Source of the DNA: a virus
IMG/VR virus record: IMGVR_UViG_3300025770_000022
Span: 1 to 59,006 of that record
Length of the DNA stretch: 59,006 nucleotides
Reading direction: 5' to 3' (one strand)
In this document: positions 29,242-38,862 of the stretch, one piece after another
How the letters are laid out: each line of letters opens with the position of its first letter
Numbering within the stretch: position 1 is the first letter of the stretch
Translations under genes and position numbers: made by a program
The notes under the pieces: model-generated
The model's database searches: none
The model's input: only the letters and a program-made list of their open reading frames with translations
What the model was told of the DNA's origin: nothing

Positions 29242-31551
29242 TCATACGTTCCTAAATTTGTCAAATTGGATAGAAGGTAACTTGTCTGTGTCGAAAGCCT
29301 CTTGAGAAGGTAGTTTAGATTTGGTATTGACGTTCTTTTTGTTAGTAAATTTGCCATAGGACTCTACTGCCTTATTGCCTTTAGATGAGCCTACTTGCCC
29401 TTGTTGACATACCCAAGAACCATTAGCGTTCTCGCAAACTTCCTTAGACTTAGCATTAGTGACATCAAAGGAACTACCACCACCAGAAGAGCCAGAATCA
29501 GCGGCTTGAGAGACCACCCATTTACCATTGTATTTGATACAGGCTGCCTTGCCAGGTAGATAAGGGTCAACCTTAGTCGCACCCCATTTGGCTAATACAA
29601 CAACCTCTGCGGATTGATAGATATTATTGTCATCACCCATAACGTATTCTTTGCTTCCTGATTTCTCTGCGGCATCGACTTTGGCTAATAATTCGGGTGT
29701 ATAGAAGGAAGGTTCTATTAACTTATATCCCTCAGGGAATCCTAGGTTTGTGAAGTCACAAGAGCCTACTTCCTTAGTGGAAGCCTTTGCGGCTTTTGGC
29801 TCACAGGTACAGGTTTCTACCTGAGACCAATCACCTGTCTTCATTGCTCGTTCTACTACTTCCATTGATTGATGATATTCACTGATATCACCACCGATAT
29901 TAGATACTTGCTGTGCGAAATTAGCGGCTACAGAGGCACCCATTCCATAGTTGATATTGCCAGGTAACTCAGTTGGTAGCACGAAAGAGGCACTATTAAG
30001 CGGAAGAAATGGAGTAGGAGAGTTCGGGTCTGCGGATGATGCTGCCGCGGCTGCCGGTGCTGGACTAAATGGGGATGCTTTATCTCCTGCAAACTTAGAG
30101 GCTGCCGGTAAAGTATCTCGAACCTTTGTTGATACTACAGGAGCACCTGATACAGATTGTGATGCTGGACTACTTGGAGGTGGGTCACCTACTATAGAAC
30201 TAAACGCATCAGAGAGAGTAACAGCAATCTTGCCCATTGCGGCTTCTATTGAACCTGCTACTTTGACTTCATTATCAGTCATTTCTTTCACGTTCCAGTC
30301 ACCTTTAGTGGCCTCACACGCGGCTTTGTCTCTGTTTCTAATGGTGTCTGTACCACCTGTACACCATCCTACTTTGTGTAATTTTGCTACTGCGTTCTTC
30401 TTATATGCGGTTGCTTCATATGCCTTAGCCTTAGCGTTCTTAATGAATTCGTTTTTAGAACCACTGAATCGGGTCTTGCCTGCTAAAACTTCCTTTGTGA
30501 AGTCTGTAACAGCATCTTCAGGTACTGTCCATCCGACACCATTGACATACTCCATCTCTTCAGAGGAGTAGACTGCATCGACTAATTCTGTGCCTGTAGG
30601 GATACTTGCAGAAAGGGTAGAAAACGTCTGAAGTCCGCCTTGTGCTTGTTGCTTGAATTTGGGTAGTGATGGTAGTCCACCAGACACCTTACCTAAGAAA
30701 TCACCTAATGGGATAATAGGATTGGTTGGACTCGCTGTAATACCAGTGACTTGTTGATACAATGTGACGATATCATCCATAACAGGTGTCGCAATATGCT
30801 TCAACATCTTATGGTTATTGACCAAGGCACAAGGGTCACCTGTTGCCAACTTAGCGAATGCGGCCCATTGTGCTAGTTTGTTCAATGCGGCTTGCATTGC
30901 ATCAAGGTCTTTTTGGATGAGTGCATTCAAAGAACCCATCATATCTTGACACATACCATTGAAATCAGCAACTAAATCTTGTACAACATCGGCAGATGCT
31001 AACATATTAGATATTGCTTGTGGATTGGTGCTATCTATGATAATTCTATTCACTCGGCGTTGAATCTGTTTCAAGTCACCTAGTCCAAGAGCATCATCAA
31101 TGACACCAGCACCATCGAACAATGTGGCGAAGCCAGCAACACAATCAATCTCTGATTCGTAATTGCCTAGCAAGTCTGCTAGTTCTCGTCCTGCTTGTTG
31201 GATACCTGAATTCTTAATATAGTCAGTAGCGGCTGCGGCTGCGGCATTCAATGCAAAATCACCACAGGTGGTGAATGAGTCAGAGAGGTCTTGAACCTCA
31301 CTCAATGCTTGCCATAACTGAACACCATCTTGTCCGAATGCGGCTTGCAGGGCTACTGGGTCTACCTTATCTGTGATAAACAGACTATTGGCCGCAGTCT
31401 TCATCTTAAACGCTGAAGTATGAGCAGGCGATTGTAACATATCCCCGACTTGACCTAACGCCTCGTTGATTCCGCCCCCAAAGGAAGTTGTACCAGTGGC
31501 AGACTTAATTGTATCTACTACACTTACACCACTTGTTGAAAAACTGACCAT
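29242..31551 (-). CDS. Uncharacterised 769-aa tail-region protein with Cys-x-G-x-W motifs
   Basis: Long ORF between gp5 and PAAR; helical N-terminal half, Pro/Ala-rich linker, motifs ACEATKGDW, ACIKYNGKW, VCENANGSW. Confidence 0.75.
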   Translation of the reverse strand: MVSFSTSGVSVVDTIKSATGTTSFGGGINEALGQVGDMLQSPAHTSAFKMKTAANSLFITDKVDPVALQAAFGQDGVQLWQALSEVQDLSDSFTTCGDFALNAAAAAATDYIKNSGIQQAGRELADLLGNYESEIDCVAGFATLFDGAGVIDDALGLGDLKQIQRRVNRIIIDSTNPQAISNMLASADVVQDLVADFNGMCQDMMGSLNALIQKDLDAMQAALNKLAQWAAFAKLATGDPCALVNNHKMLKHIATPVMDDIVTLYQQVTGITASPTNPIIPLGDFLGKVSGGLPSLPKFKQQAQGGLQTFSTLSASIPTGTELVDAVYSSEEMEYVNGVGWTVPEDAVTDFTKEVLAGKTRFSGSKNEFIKNAKAKAYEATAYKKNAVAKLHKVGWCTGGTDTIRNRDKAACEATKGDWNVKEMTDNEVKVAGSIEAAMGKIAVTLSDAFSSIVGDPPPSSPASQSVSGAPVVSTKVRDTLPAASKFAGDKASPFSPAPAAAAASSADPNSPTPFLPLNSASFVLPTELPGNINYGMGASVAANFAQQVSNIGGDISEYHQSMEVVERAMKTGDWSQVETCTCEPKAAKASTKEVGSCDFTNLGFPEGYKLIEPSFYTPELLAKVDAAEKSGSKEYVMGDDNNIYQSAEVVVLAKWGATKVDPYLPGKAACIKYNGKWVVSQAADSGSSGGGSSFDVTNAKSKEVCENANGSWVCQQGQVGSSKGNKAVESYGKFTNKKNVNTKSKLPSQEAFDTDKLPSIQFDKFRNV

Positions 31552-31561
31552 TTAATGCCCC

Positions 31562-32266
31562 TTACATAAACAATACTTGATTGATTCTATTATAATCACT
31601 GAACATACCAAGGTCTACATTTTGTCCGTGTAGAGTGTCCGCTTGATATAATACCATTCGATTATATGCCATTTTCGCTTCATATTCACAAGCATAGGGT
31701 CTTCCGCCGTCTACTTTTGATTTAACATAATCAAAATTTATATCTCCTACATTGGCGTCTTCTAGCCATTGAGGAGTGTAATCGTTCTCTATACTGAGAT
31801 TACCCATATGACTGTACATATTGGTACCACCAGCACATTCTTCTTCCGTATTTAAGTACACTACAGAACCGAATTGATATCCAGGTCCATCTTGCATCTT
31901 GAAATGGTCTTGATGAGGTATAATGCCAACAGGCGTTCTTAATAGTGTCTCATCGTTTAACACGTTAACCATAAACTCTTGATTGTCCCAATGCTCATTG
32001 AACCGTTTCTCTTCAAAGTGACCAAAGTATAATTTGCATAGTTGAAAATATACCTTATGCAGGGAATCTTTAACTTCGGCAGTCTCTACGACACCTCTTG
32101 CACCCGGCAAGTTGTGTATCAAATCAGCCTCTGTCCTATGGTCTATTGATAGGGCTAAATCTCTTATCTCATCAGGATTCTTGTAGAAATCATCAATCAC
32201 AACAACCCTTCGCTCCTTACTAATCTGTACGACATTAATCTTCATCTTTGGATTTGGCTCAAACAT
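31562..32266 (-). CDS. 2OG-Fe(II) oxygenase-like protein (DUF6445-type)
   Basis: VVVIDDFYKNPDEIR..PHQD..SVVYLN..GGTNMY..YNRMVLYQADTLHG: HxD...H facial triad. Confidence 0.75.
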   Translation of the reverse strand: MFEPNPKMKINVVQISKERRVVVIDDFYKNPDEIRDLALSIDHRTEADLIHNLPGARGVVETAEVKDSLHKVYFQLCKLYFGHFEEKRFNEHWDNQEFMVNVLNDETLLRTPVGIIPHQDHFKMQDGPGYQFGSVVYLNTEEECAGGTNMYSHMGNLSIENDYTPQWLEDANVGDINFDYVKSKVDGGRPYACEYEAKMAYNRMVLYQADTLHGQNVDLGMFSDYNRINQVLFM

Positions 32267-32277
32267 TATATAATTTC

Positions 32278-33273
32278 CTATGGATTCAAGTGAATAATAG
32301 AGCCTTTGATTGTATGGACTCCAGCAGATTGGTCTAGTTTAGTGCCACCTGTTTGAATTTCTGTAGTACCACCGACATATACTTGCCATTTACCGTCAAT
32401 CTCTGTAATACAATCACCTTCAACGTGTGTCTTATAGTCTCCCTTTACTGATAAGTGAGCATCTCCCTCAACGGTTATGGACATATTACCACCAGCACCA
32501 TCTACTGGATTTGGTTTAATGTGTATATACTCGTCTCCTAAGACAATCTGATAATTATCTTTCTGTACTTTAGTTACTTTTGTGCCATCCGCTCGTATCT
32601 CTTCAAATGTGCCTGACTTGTGCCACTTCATTAGTCGCTCGTTGTCTACTGTGTCATCCCATTCCTCTACGTGACCGCTTTCGCTTGCTCTAACGTGATT
32701 AAATGGGTAACTGGCTTTGTAGGGGTTCTCAGGTTCATCCCAAGTGTCTGCTAGTGCTTTATAGACTTCTTTATCTTCTACACGACCACCAGCAGTATCA
32801 AGAGGAGTGGGTTTTGAAACAATCTCTTCTCCTTTTACAGGCTCTTTAAAGTCTACTCTTCCACGTCTATGTGTATCGGGTTCTTTTAAGTGCGTTTCTT
32901 TAGGATACACTAGATTAGGGTCATTGAATCCCACTTTGGCTACTGGTGCTTCCATAGGGAACCCACCGAATGTGCCCATTACAATAGGCTCTTGAGCGTT
33001 CTGCCCATCTCTGAAGAATCCTATAACCCACGTTCCTTCAACACAACCTAATGGAGTTGTTCCAACACCGTTCATTGCGGCTGAAGTAATTGGTTGCATT
33101 GGATGTGCCCAAGGCAAATCGGCTGTAGGTATACCTGTATCGATTGCTTGAACTGTTTTATCTGTGTGTAGTCCAGCGATACGTACCTTCATACGTCCTA
33201 ATTTCATAGGGTCACGTCTGTCTTCTACGACACCCGTAAACCAAATAAATCCATCAAATCCCATAAACTGCAT
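32278..33273 (-). CDS. gp5: Baseplate hub/spike protein gp5 (OB-fold + beta-helix, no lysozyme domain)
   Basis: WFTGVVEDRRDPMKLGRMKVRI..LPWAHPMQP..GTWVIGFFRDG..YPFNHV..SGHVEEWDDT..VEGD repeats. Confidence 0.92.
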   Translation of the reverse strand: MQFMGFDGFIWFTGVVEDRRDPMKLGRMKVRIAGLHTDKTVQAIDTGIPTADLPWAHPMQPITSAAMNGVGTTPLGCVEGTWVIGFFRDGQNAQEPIVMGTFGGFPMEAPVAKVGFNDPNLVYPKETHLKEPDTHRRGRVDFKEPVKGEEIVSKPTPLDTAGGRVEDKEVYKALADTWDEPENPYKASYPFNHVRASESGHVEEWDDTVDNERLMKWHKSGTFEEIRADGTKVTKVQKDNYQIVLGDEYIHIKPNPVDGAGGNMSITVEGDAHLSVKGDYKTHVEGDCITEIDGKWQVYVGGTTEIQTGGTKLDQSAGVHTIKGSIIHLNP

Positions 33274-33277
33274 AATA

Positions 33278-34603
33278 TTAACCCCTCGCTGGTATTGTTA
33301 TCTCTGGGTCTGTAAAGAACCCGTCTTTCATACATTCAAGAGTCATTGTGTACTCGTGATTATTAATCTTGTGATGTATGGCTGTGATTAGCCACTTACC
33401 AGTTGAATACTGGTCTTCTTCTTCAGTGACAGTTTCATCCCTTATACTAGAGGCAATCTTTAGTGTAATAACATCACCTGCAAATATGTTCGTGTCTCCT
33501 GCCATACTGAATTTAACAATGTTTGTTCGTAGTTGGGACATCTTCATATCGTGCAGAGGATAGTGGCTCTTCTCGCCCTTATCGTGTATTTGATACAAAT
33601 AATTGTCACTCATAAGTCCTGTGTGTTGGTCTACGTTGAAATCTTTAAATGGTTTGCCTGGAGTACCGTTCAGACCAATACCCTCTGCTAGAACCTTATC
33701 TTTTTCCCCATCATACTCTACTTCATATTTAGTTAGTTTCTTTTCGAGGATGTTATGTGTCAATATGGAACTACCGTAGTGTCCGTTGATTTGACTGTTA
33801 GGGATATTGAATCGTTGTGTTTCGCTATAGTCTTCCATAATAGCGTCATTGACATTTATCTCGCTATCACCACTCTGAGAAGATTTTAGTGGGTTATCTT
33901 TCAGTATCATTTCCCTCTTAGACTTACCCTTTAGCAACTCATCAAGCGTAACGAATTTGAATCCCTCGTTGTTCTCAAAGAATAGATAGTTGGATTCGCC
34001 CTCAGCGGATACAGAGTTCTTAGCAAGAAAATTGATTAGATGAAATGGATTCCAATTAGGTACGACTATCTCTTTAGGATGTTTCGATGGAGTTATTTTA
34101 CACGTAGTCCATTCCTTTGCATCACCACCTAGTGTGCCGAACATAAGAACCTTGTCGCTTACATATTGTACTATATCAGAAGCAGTCGATTTTGTAAATG
34201 ACCTACTGATTTTCTTCTTATTGTTAGCGATAACATATGGCGATACAATGCCTATCTGATAGGCAGTATGTTTCTCAGTGCGTTGACCCGCTGTTACGTA
34301 ACTAACCGCAAATTCTTTTTCTAGGTTAGCAGTCTTTCCCAACGCATCAGTGGACATAGATGTGTCTATCTCAAAGTGGACTTTCTCTTCACCACTACCA
34401 ATAATACCATTTGCTTCTACAAATCCAACACCATCGTGGATTTGTATGATACCGTGCATTGCATTAGTGAATATGGACTCATAGATAGACAGTTGGTCTA
34501 TAATACCAGCCAATTCTGTACTGTCTCCCATTATGCTAGTGAACTTACAGTTCCATTCAGATGTTGCTTTCGGATTAAGTGTATTAAACTTCTTCTCTGC
34601 CAT
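33278..34603 (-). CDS. Probable baseplate hub protein (gp27-like)
   Basis: IYESIFTNAMHG, VVPNWNPFHLINFLAK..YLFFEN..F.F..LDEL, GKWLITAIHHKI; lies between gp53 and gp5. Confidence 0.65.
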   Translation of the reverse strand: MAEKKFNTLNPKATSEWNCKFTSIMGDSTELAGIIDQLSIYESIFTNAMHGIIQIHDGVGFVEANGIIGSGEEKVHFEIDTSMSTDALGKTANLEKEFAVSYVTAGQRTEKHTAYQIGIVSPYVIANNKKKISRSFTKSTASDIVQYVSDKVLMFGTLGGDAKEWTTCKITPSKHPKEIVVPNWNPFHLINFLAKNSVSAEGESNYLFFENNEGFKFVTLDELLKGKSKREMILKDNPLKSSQSGDSEINVNDAIMEDYSETQRFNIPNSQINGHYGSSILTHNILEKKLTKYEVEYDGEKDKVLAEGIGLNGTPGKPFKDFNVDQHTGLMSDNYLYQIHDKGEKSHYPLHDMKMSQLRTNIVKFSMAGDTNIFAGDVITLKIASSIRDETVTEEEDQYSTGKWLITAIHHKINNHEYTMTLECMKDGFFTDPEITIPARG

Positions 34604-34609
34604 AATATA

Positions 34610-35113
34610 TTATTCCTGTACTTGAGGTTTAGTGTTTCTCATCCAACTCTTAAATTCCTCTACAACCTTTGGAATGTGTTCTGGTTTGAGAAGCATTATA
34701 CTCCTTAGTTTATCGTTTTTATAAATTTCCCAGTCTAAATTAGTAATTGGTACTCTATCGTTCTCAGGACTGTCAGTGGGATACTGTACGTAATTTTGGT
34801 CTTCATAGTGATGAATATCATACCTATTGGCATATGCTAAATCAGTATATCGATATACCTCGTGTTCACGTTTAACCCAATCATAGAATGGGTCAATGAC
34901 TTTGTTGATTGTGCATACAACCCACCACAAATCTTGGTCACCATACACGTCCTCTGCTACCTTCTCAGGAGTCATTTCTTCTGAAATTCGTATCTCATAG
35001 TACATTGCTTGGAATTTTGATACTTCCTTGAGCATATCAATTCTATGAGTAATGTCTGCTATAGTAACTCCATTATACTGTAACTTAGGGAGCATATGTG
35101 TATATTTTGACAT
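34610..35113 (-). CDS. gp53: Baseplate wedge subunit
   Basis: Y.I.EEMTPEKVAEDVYGDQDLWWVVCTINKVIDPFYDW..NDKLRSIMLLKPEHI. Confidence 0.85.
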   Translation of the reverse strand: MSKYTHMLPKLQYNGVTIADITHRIDMLKEVSKFQAMYYEIRISEEMTPEKVAEDVYGDQDLWWVVCTINKVIDPFYDWVKREHEVYRYTDLAYANRYDIHHYEDQNYVQYPTDSPENDRVPITNLDWEIYKNDKLRSIMLLKPEHIPKVVEEFKSWMRNTKPQVQE

Positions 35114-36063
35114 TAGTAACCTCCCTCTATTTCTTCGTGTGTCACTATTGAATTTTCTTTTATGTTGAGTGTCAGTTGTGTTTCAACAGGTGCACCATCT
35201 TCATAAGCATTCCACGTTCCTGTTGGAGTATAATTCACTTCAACACTCAATATGAACGAATCTTTAATTTTAAATAAGAAAGGATTAATATCATCCTTAT
35301 ACCAGAATTCAACTGCGACAGTAGGGGGTATTGATAGCCTGCCCATCTTTCTGAATATTTCTTTATTATCACCACTTGCCTTCTGGAGAGAGTCTTTCTT
35401 AGCCTTAGCCTTAGCGGCTGCCTCCTCTGTAGTGTCTTTACCACCCCAAAACCCTGCAACGGCTGGACTTGCGTATGCTTTCAATACGTTTACAATTTCA
35501 GTGATAGCCGTTTGCTCGTCTTCATTTTTTGGCGTCATTCTCCAAGATAATGTGTGGCTACGTAATGTAGCACCATCGTACACTAATCCTTGATTCTGAT
35601 TGATTACAGAAGCGTGACTCATCTTAGCGGAAGCGTTCATTGAAACACCTAAGTTTTCAACAACATTGACTACTTCTTTTCCTGCTTGAGCACCTGTGGC
35701 TTTAGCAGTACCAAGTGCGGCTTCAAGTGCGCCAACGACACCATCACCAGAGCCAATCGCTCTATTGACCATCATATCTCCTGCTTCAGAGAAGTTCTGA
35801 TTATATCCAGTTCCAAGTGTCAGTGGCATTGGCAACCAAATGTCTGCTAGATGATATCCTGCCAATGAGTGATTTTGTCCCTTAACTCCTGCAGTAACCC
35901 CTTTTGGGGCCCAAGAACTCACTGTGATTTTTGTCCAGAAGTTGCCAGCACTAATAGGTTCTAAAGGGAATTTAAATGGGACTGCGCCTTGGGGCCGTTT
36001 TGTGGATGGCGAGAGAACTGCTTCTGGTCCCATTGCTCCTCCACTCAAACCATTTATTTCCAT
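35113..36063 (-). CDS. gp48: Baseplate tail-tube cap
   Basis: IWLPMPLTL..LRSHTLSWRMTPKNEDE..FKIKDSFILSVEVNYTP..PVETQLTLNIKE. Confidence 0.8.
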   Translation of the reverse strand: MEINGLSGGAMGPEAVLSPSTKRPQGAVPFKFPLEPISAGNFWTKITVSSWAPKGVTAGVKGQNHSLAGYHLADIWLPMPLTLGTGYNQNFSEAGDMMVNRAIGSGDGVVGALEAALGTAKATGAQAGKEVVNVVENLGVSMNASAKMSHASVINQNQGLVYDGATLRSHTLSWRMTPKNEDEQTAITEIVNVLKAYASPAVAGFWGGKDTTEEAAAKAKAKKDSLQKASGDNKEIFRKMGRLSIPPTVAVEFWYKDDINPFLFKIKDSFILSVEVNYTPTGTWNAYEDGAPVETQLTLNIKENSIVTHEEIEGGY

Positions 36064-36122
36064 AATTCATACTCCATCTTTAAATTCATTGTCGATTTCC
36101 TCTAGAAAGATACTCTTTGAAC

Positions 36123-36136
36123 TATTTATATAAATA
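36123..36136. promoter_or_regulatory. Back-to-back overlapping late promoters (palindrome TATTTATATAAATA)
   Basis: TATAAATA on the minus strand (36123-36130) and plus strand (36129-36136) between divergent gp48 and gp4. Confidence 0.75.
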
Positions 36137-36142
36137 ATAGTA

Positions 36143-36583
36143 ATGGCACATAAAGGTAAGTACAAAGTTAAGAATCGCTCAAAGTACGTTGGTGCAGTTG
36201 ATAACGTAGTATATCGGTCATCGTGGGAAAGACGATTTATGGTATACGCTGATACGAGCAAGAAGGTAATTAAGTGGAATAGCGAAGAACTCGTAATTCC
36301 ATACGTAAGCCCAGTTGATGGTAAAGTTCATAGGTACTTCCCAGACTTTTGGATTCAATCATTAAGTGAAGATGGAAAGATAAGTAATATAATAATAGAA
36401 GTTAAACCAAAGGGACAGTGTCAAGCACCTAAGATGGGCAAGACAGCGAAAAGCAAGTACAGGTACTTGAGAGAGTTAAAAACGTGGAAAGTAAATGAAG
36501 CAAAGTGGGATAAGGCTAGAGAATTTTGTGAAGACAGAAAATGGGAATTTAAAATACTCACTGAGGACCATCTGGTAAGGTAA
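36143..36583 (+). CDS. gp4: Head completion nuclease
   Basis: KGKYKVKNRSKYVG..YRSSWERRFM..WNSEELVIPY..HRYFPDFW..EVKPK. Confidence 0.93.
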   Translation: MAHKGKYKVKNRSKYVGAVDNVVYRSSWERRFMVYADTSKKVIKWNSEELVIPYVSPVDGKVHRYFPDFWIQSLSEDGKISNIIIEVKPKGQCQAPKMGKTAKSKYRYLRELKTWKVNEAKWDKAREFCEDRKWEFKILTEDHLVR

Positions 36584-36584
36584 T

Positions 36585-37277
36585 ATGGCAATAGCAGTCG
36601 CAAAGAAACTAATTCAAATCGCTGTAGGGACTGAGAAGGTCGCTAGTGATGGGCAGAAATATCGTTATCTCGGTAAGCAATGGGGTAAGATAAATCCTAA
36701 GTCTGGTAAGACAAGTCAGATGGCTCGTAAGGCAATTGGTGCAGAGTTAAACACATTAGCACAAACTCCTAAACGAGGCTCTAAGGCAACTAAGGCTAAG
36801 AGGAGTGCCGCTTGGTTTAAGACTAAAGTTGGTGAATCCGCTAAGGGTATGAAGAAACGTGCAGTTCTCAAGCCAGGACGAATGTTCACATTCGGATATG
36901 ATGCAAAACATAAGAAAACACTACCATACTGGGATAGATTCCCTCTCATTGTAGTATTAGATGTATATAAGGATGGCTTCATAGGACTCAATTTTCACTA
37001 TCTATCTCCTGTAGAACGTGCGAAATTTCTATCTAAAATAATGAAATTTGCTAGTGAAAAGGGCGATACAGATAGTATGTCTGATAAGGCTCATTTTAAA
37101 TTGAGTTGGGATGCTGTGAGAAACATTAACGGGGCCGAGAAGATGATACATAAATACTTATATGGGCACGTAAAGACAAGTCTTTTAGAGGCACCAGCGA
37201 ATGAATGGGAAAATGTTATATATCTCCCATATCAGAAATTTGTTGGCGCTTCTGCTAAATCAGTTTGGGGCAAATAA
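36585..37277 (+). CDS. gp2: DNA end protector protein
   Basis: PGRMFTFGYDAKHKKTLPYWDRFPLI..GFIGLNFHYL..IHKYLYGHV. Confidence 0.92.
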   Translation: MAIAVAKKLIQIAVGTEKVASDGQKYRYLGKQWGKINPKSGKTSQMARKAIGAELNTLAQTPKRGSKATKAKRSAAWFKTKVGESAKGMKKRAVLKPGRMFTFGYDAKHKKTLPYWDRFPLIVVLDVYKDGFIGLNFHYLSPVERAKFLSKIMKFASEKGDTDSMSDKAHFKLSWDAVRNINGAEKMIHKYLYGHVKTSLLEAPANEWENVIYLPYQKFVGASAKSVWGK

Positions 37278-37895
37278 ATGAACGTAAAAGAATTTAATCA
37301 GCAAATGAAAGAACGTGGCGACTATGCCCGAACGAATTTATATTCTGTACAGATAACCAAGCCAGCGGGTGTGGCTTTCTACCACGGAACAGAGAAATCA
37401 ATCACTACAAACGACTTGGCGTATCGTGCGAAAAGTGTGACTCTACCTGGTAAGTCTCTAGGTACTATTGAGGCAAGACGATTCGGACCAGTATTTAAAG
37501 TTGCAAATGATTTGATTGTAGACACGGTAGCAATTTCCTTTGTATGTAGTCCTAATCATCTAGAACACAGGTTCTTTGAGGGATGGATTTCTGCTATTAT
37601 GGGTCGTGTAAAAGAGACAGATAGACAAAAGTACACCCTATCATATTACGATACTTATGTTGGAGCAGTTGATATTATACCTTTAAACAGACAAGGCCAG
37701 GAAGATACGGTACACGTAACATTAGAAGAAGCATATCCGACTAACGTGGGACCAATAGAATTCGCTTGGGGAGAAAGTTCTGAAGTTGCTTCCTTCAATG
37801 TAACATTTTCCTTCAGAGACTATGTATGGTCTGGCAAGACTGAAGATACTTGGCTAAAAGCAGGCAATTCTAAACTTCTGCAAGACGCCACCTAA
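37278..37895 (+). CDS. gp54: Baseplate tail-tube initiator (gp54/gp19-like)
   Basis: ARTNLYSVQI..VTLPGKSL..FFEGW..LEEAYPTNVGPIEFAW..FNVTFSFRDY. Confidence 0.75.
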   Translation: MNVKEFNQQMKERGDYARTNLYSVQITKPAGVAFYHGTEKSITTNDLAYRAKSVTLPGKSLGTIEARRFGPVFKVANDLIVDTVAISFVCSPNHLEHRFFEGWISAIMGRVKETDRQKYTLSYYDTYVGAVDIIPLNRQGQEDTVHVTLEEAYPTNVGPIEFAWGESSEVASFNVTFSFRDYVWSGKTEDTWLKAGNSKLLQDAT

Positions 37896-37923
37896 ATTTA
37901 ATTAATATTATGGAGTGATAATT

Positions 37924-38679
37924 ATGGCTTTACCTAAAATCGAAACACCGATTTACAAATTGAAATTACCGTCTACTGGAGACAGTGTAACATATAGACC
38001 ATTTCTTGTGAAAGAAGAGAAAATTCTTTTGACAGCAATGGAGACAGCAAAAGAACTAAAGGGATTAGACTTTGCTAATGCAGTAAGGGATGTGATTGTA
38101 AGGGTTATCTCTAATTGTACAGATGGAAAGATTGATGGTGCTAAACTACCACCATTTGATGTAGACTTTCTGTTTTTGAACATTAGGGCAAAGAGTAGGG
38201 GAGATACTATTGAACCGTCATTTACGTGTAATCAACCAGACGGTGATGAAGGTAAAACTTGTGGTAGTGTAGATACGTTCCCGATTAAGATTGACGATAT
38301 TAAGATTGAGTTTCCTGATAAAGACTACTCAAAGATAATGTTGAATGAACACGTTGGTATTCAATTTAAATACCTAACTACGGCAGAGTTACAGTATCAC
38401 GATAATGAAGAAGACACTATTGAAAAGATGTTTAAGGTTATCGTAGATTCAATTGATTATGTATTTGACCCAGAAGGAGTTTATAAGGGCTCTGAGACAT
38501 CTAAGGCAGAGTTGTCAGAGTTTGTAGAGAATTTGTCGGAAGATGTTTTTGATAAAATTAAGGAATACTTCAAGATGCAACCGCAATTGAGACACACCTT
38601 AGATTATAAGTGTTCTAAATGTGGGTATGTTGAAGAGGTGAAATTGGAGGGCCTAGAAGATTTTTTCGGCTTTGCATAA
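37924..38679 (+). CDS. gp26: Baseplate hub assembly chaperone
   Basis: MALPKIETPIYKLKLPSTG..YRPFLVKEEKILL..DVDFLFLNIRAKSRG..CSKCG..LEGLEDFF; GGAG RBS 8 nt before ATG 37924. Confidence 0.92.
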   Translation: MALPKIETPIYKLKLPSTGDSVTYRPFLVKEEKILLTAMETAKELKGLDFANAVRDVIVRVISNCTDGKIDGAKLPPFDVDFLFLNIRAKSRGDTIEPSFTCNQPDGDEGKTCGSVDTFPIKIDDIKIEFPDKDYSKIMLNEHVGIQFKYLTTAELQYHDNEEDTIEKMFKVIVDSIDYVFDPEGVYKGSETSKAELSEFVENLSEDVFDKIKEYFKMQPQLRHTLDYKCSKCGYVEEVKLEGLEDFFGFA

Positions 38680-38846
38680 GTTATGATTCGCTAGTTAACC
38701 ACTATAAGACGAACTTTCAACTTATGCAACACCACAATTATAGTCTTTCAGACCTAGAGAATATGATACCATATGAACGTGACATATATGTTCGTCTATT
38801 GGTAGCACATTTAGAAGAAGAAAAAGAACGACACAATAAAACTTAG
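38661..38846 (+). CDS. gp51: gp51-like hub assembly catalyst, probably reached by -1 frameshift from gp26 (or a 40-aa product from ATG 38724)
   Basis: Frame reads FFRLCISYDSLVNHYKTNFQLMQHHNYSLSDLENMIPYERDIYVRLLVAHLEEEKERHNKT*; LMQHHxYSLxxLENMIPxERDIYV is the gp51 motif of aquatic T4-like phages. Confidence 0.8.
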   Translation, partial: FFRLCISYDSLVNHYKTNFQLMQHHNYSLSDLENMIPYERDIYVRLLVAHLEEEKERHNKT

Positions 38847-38862
38847 ATAGGTAGAAAAAGAT

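Noticed and set aside
29951-30571. 206-aa plus-strand ORF, and similar antisense ORFs inside the large structural genes (e.g. 4591-5169, 1686-2036)
   Set aside because: Stop-poor antisense shadows of Thr/Gly/Ala-rich coding sequence
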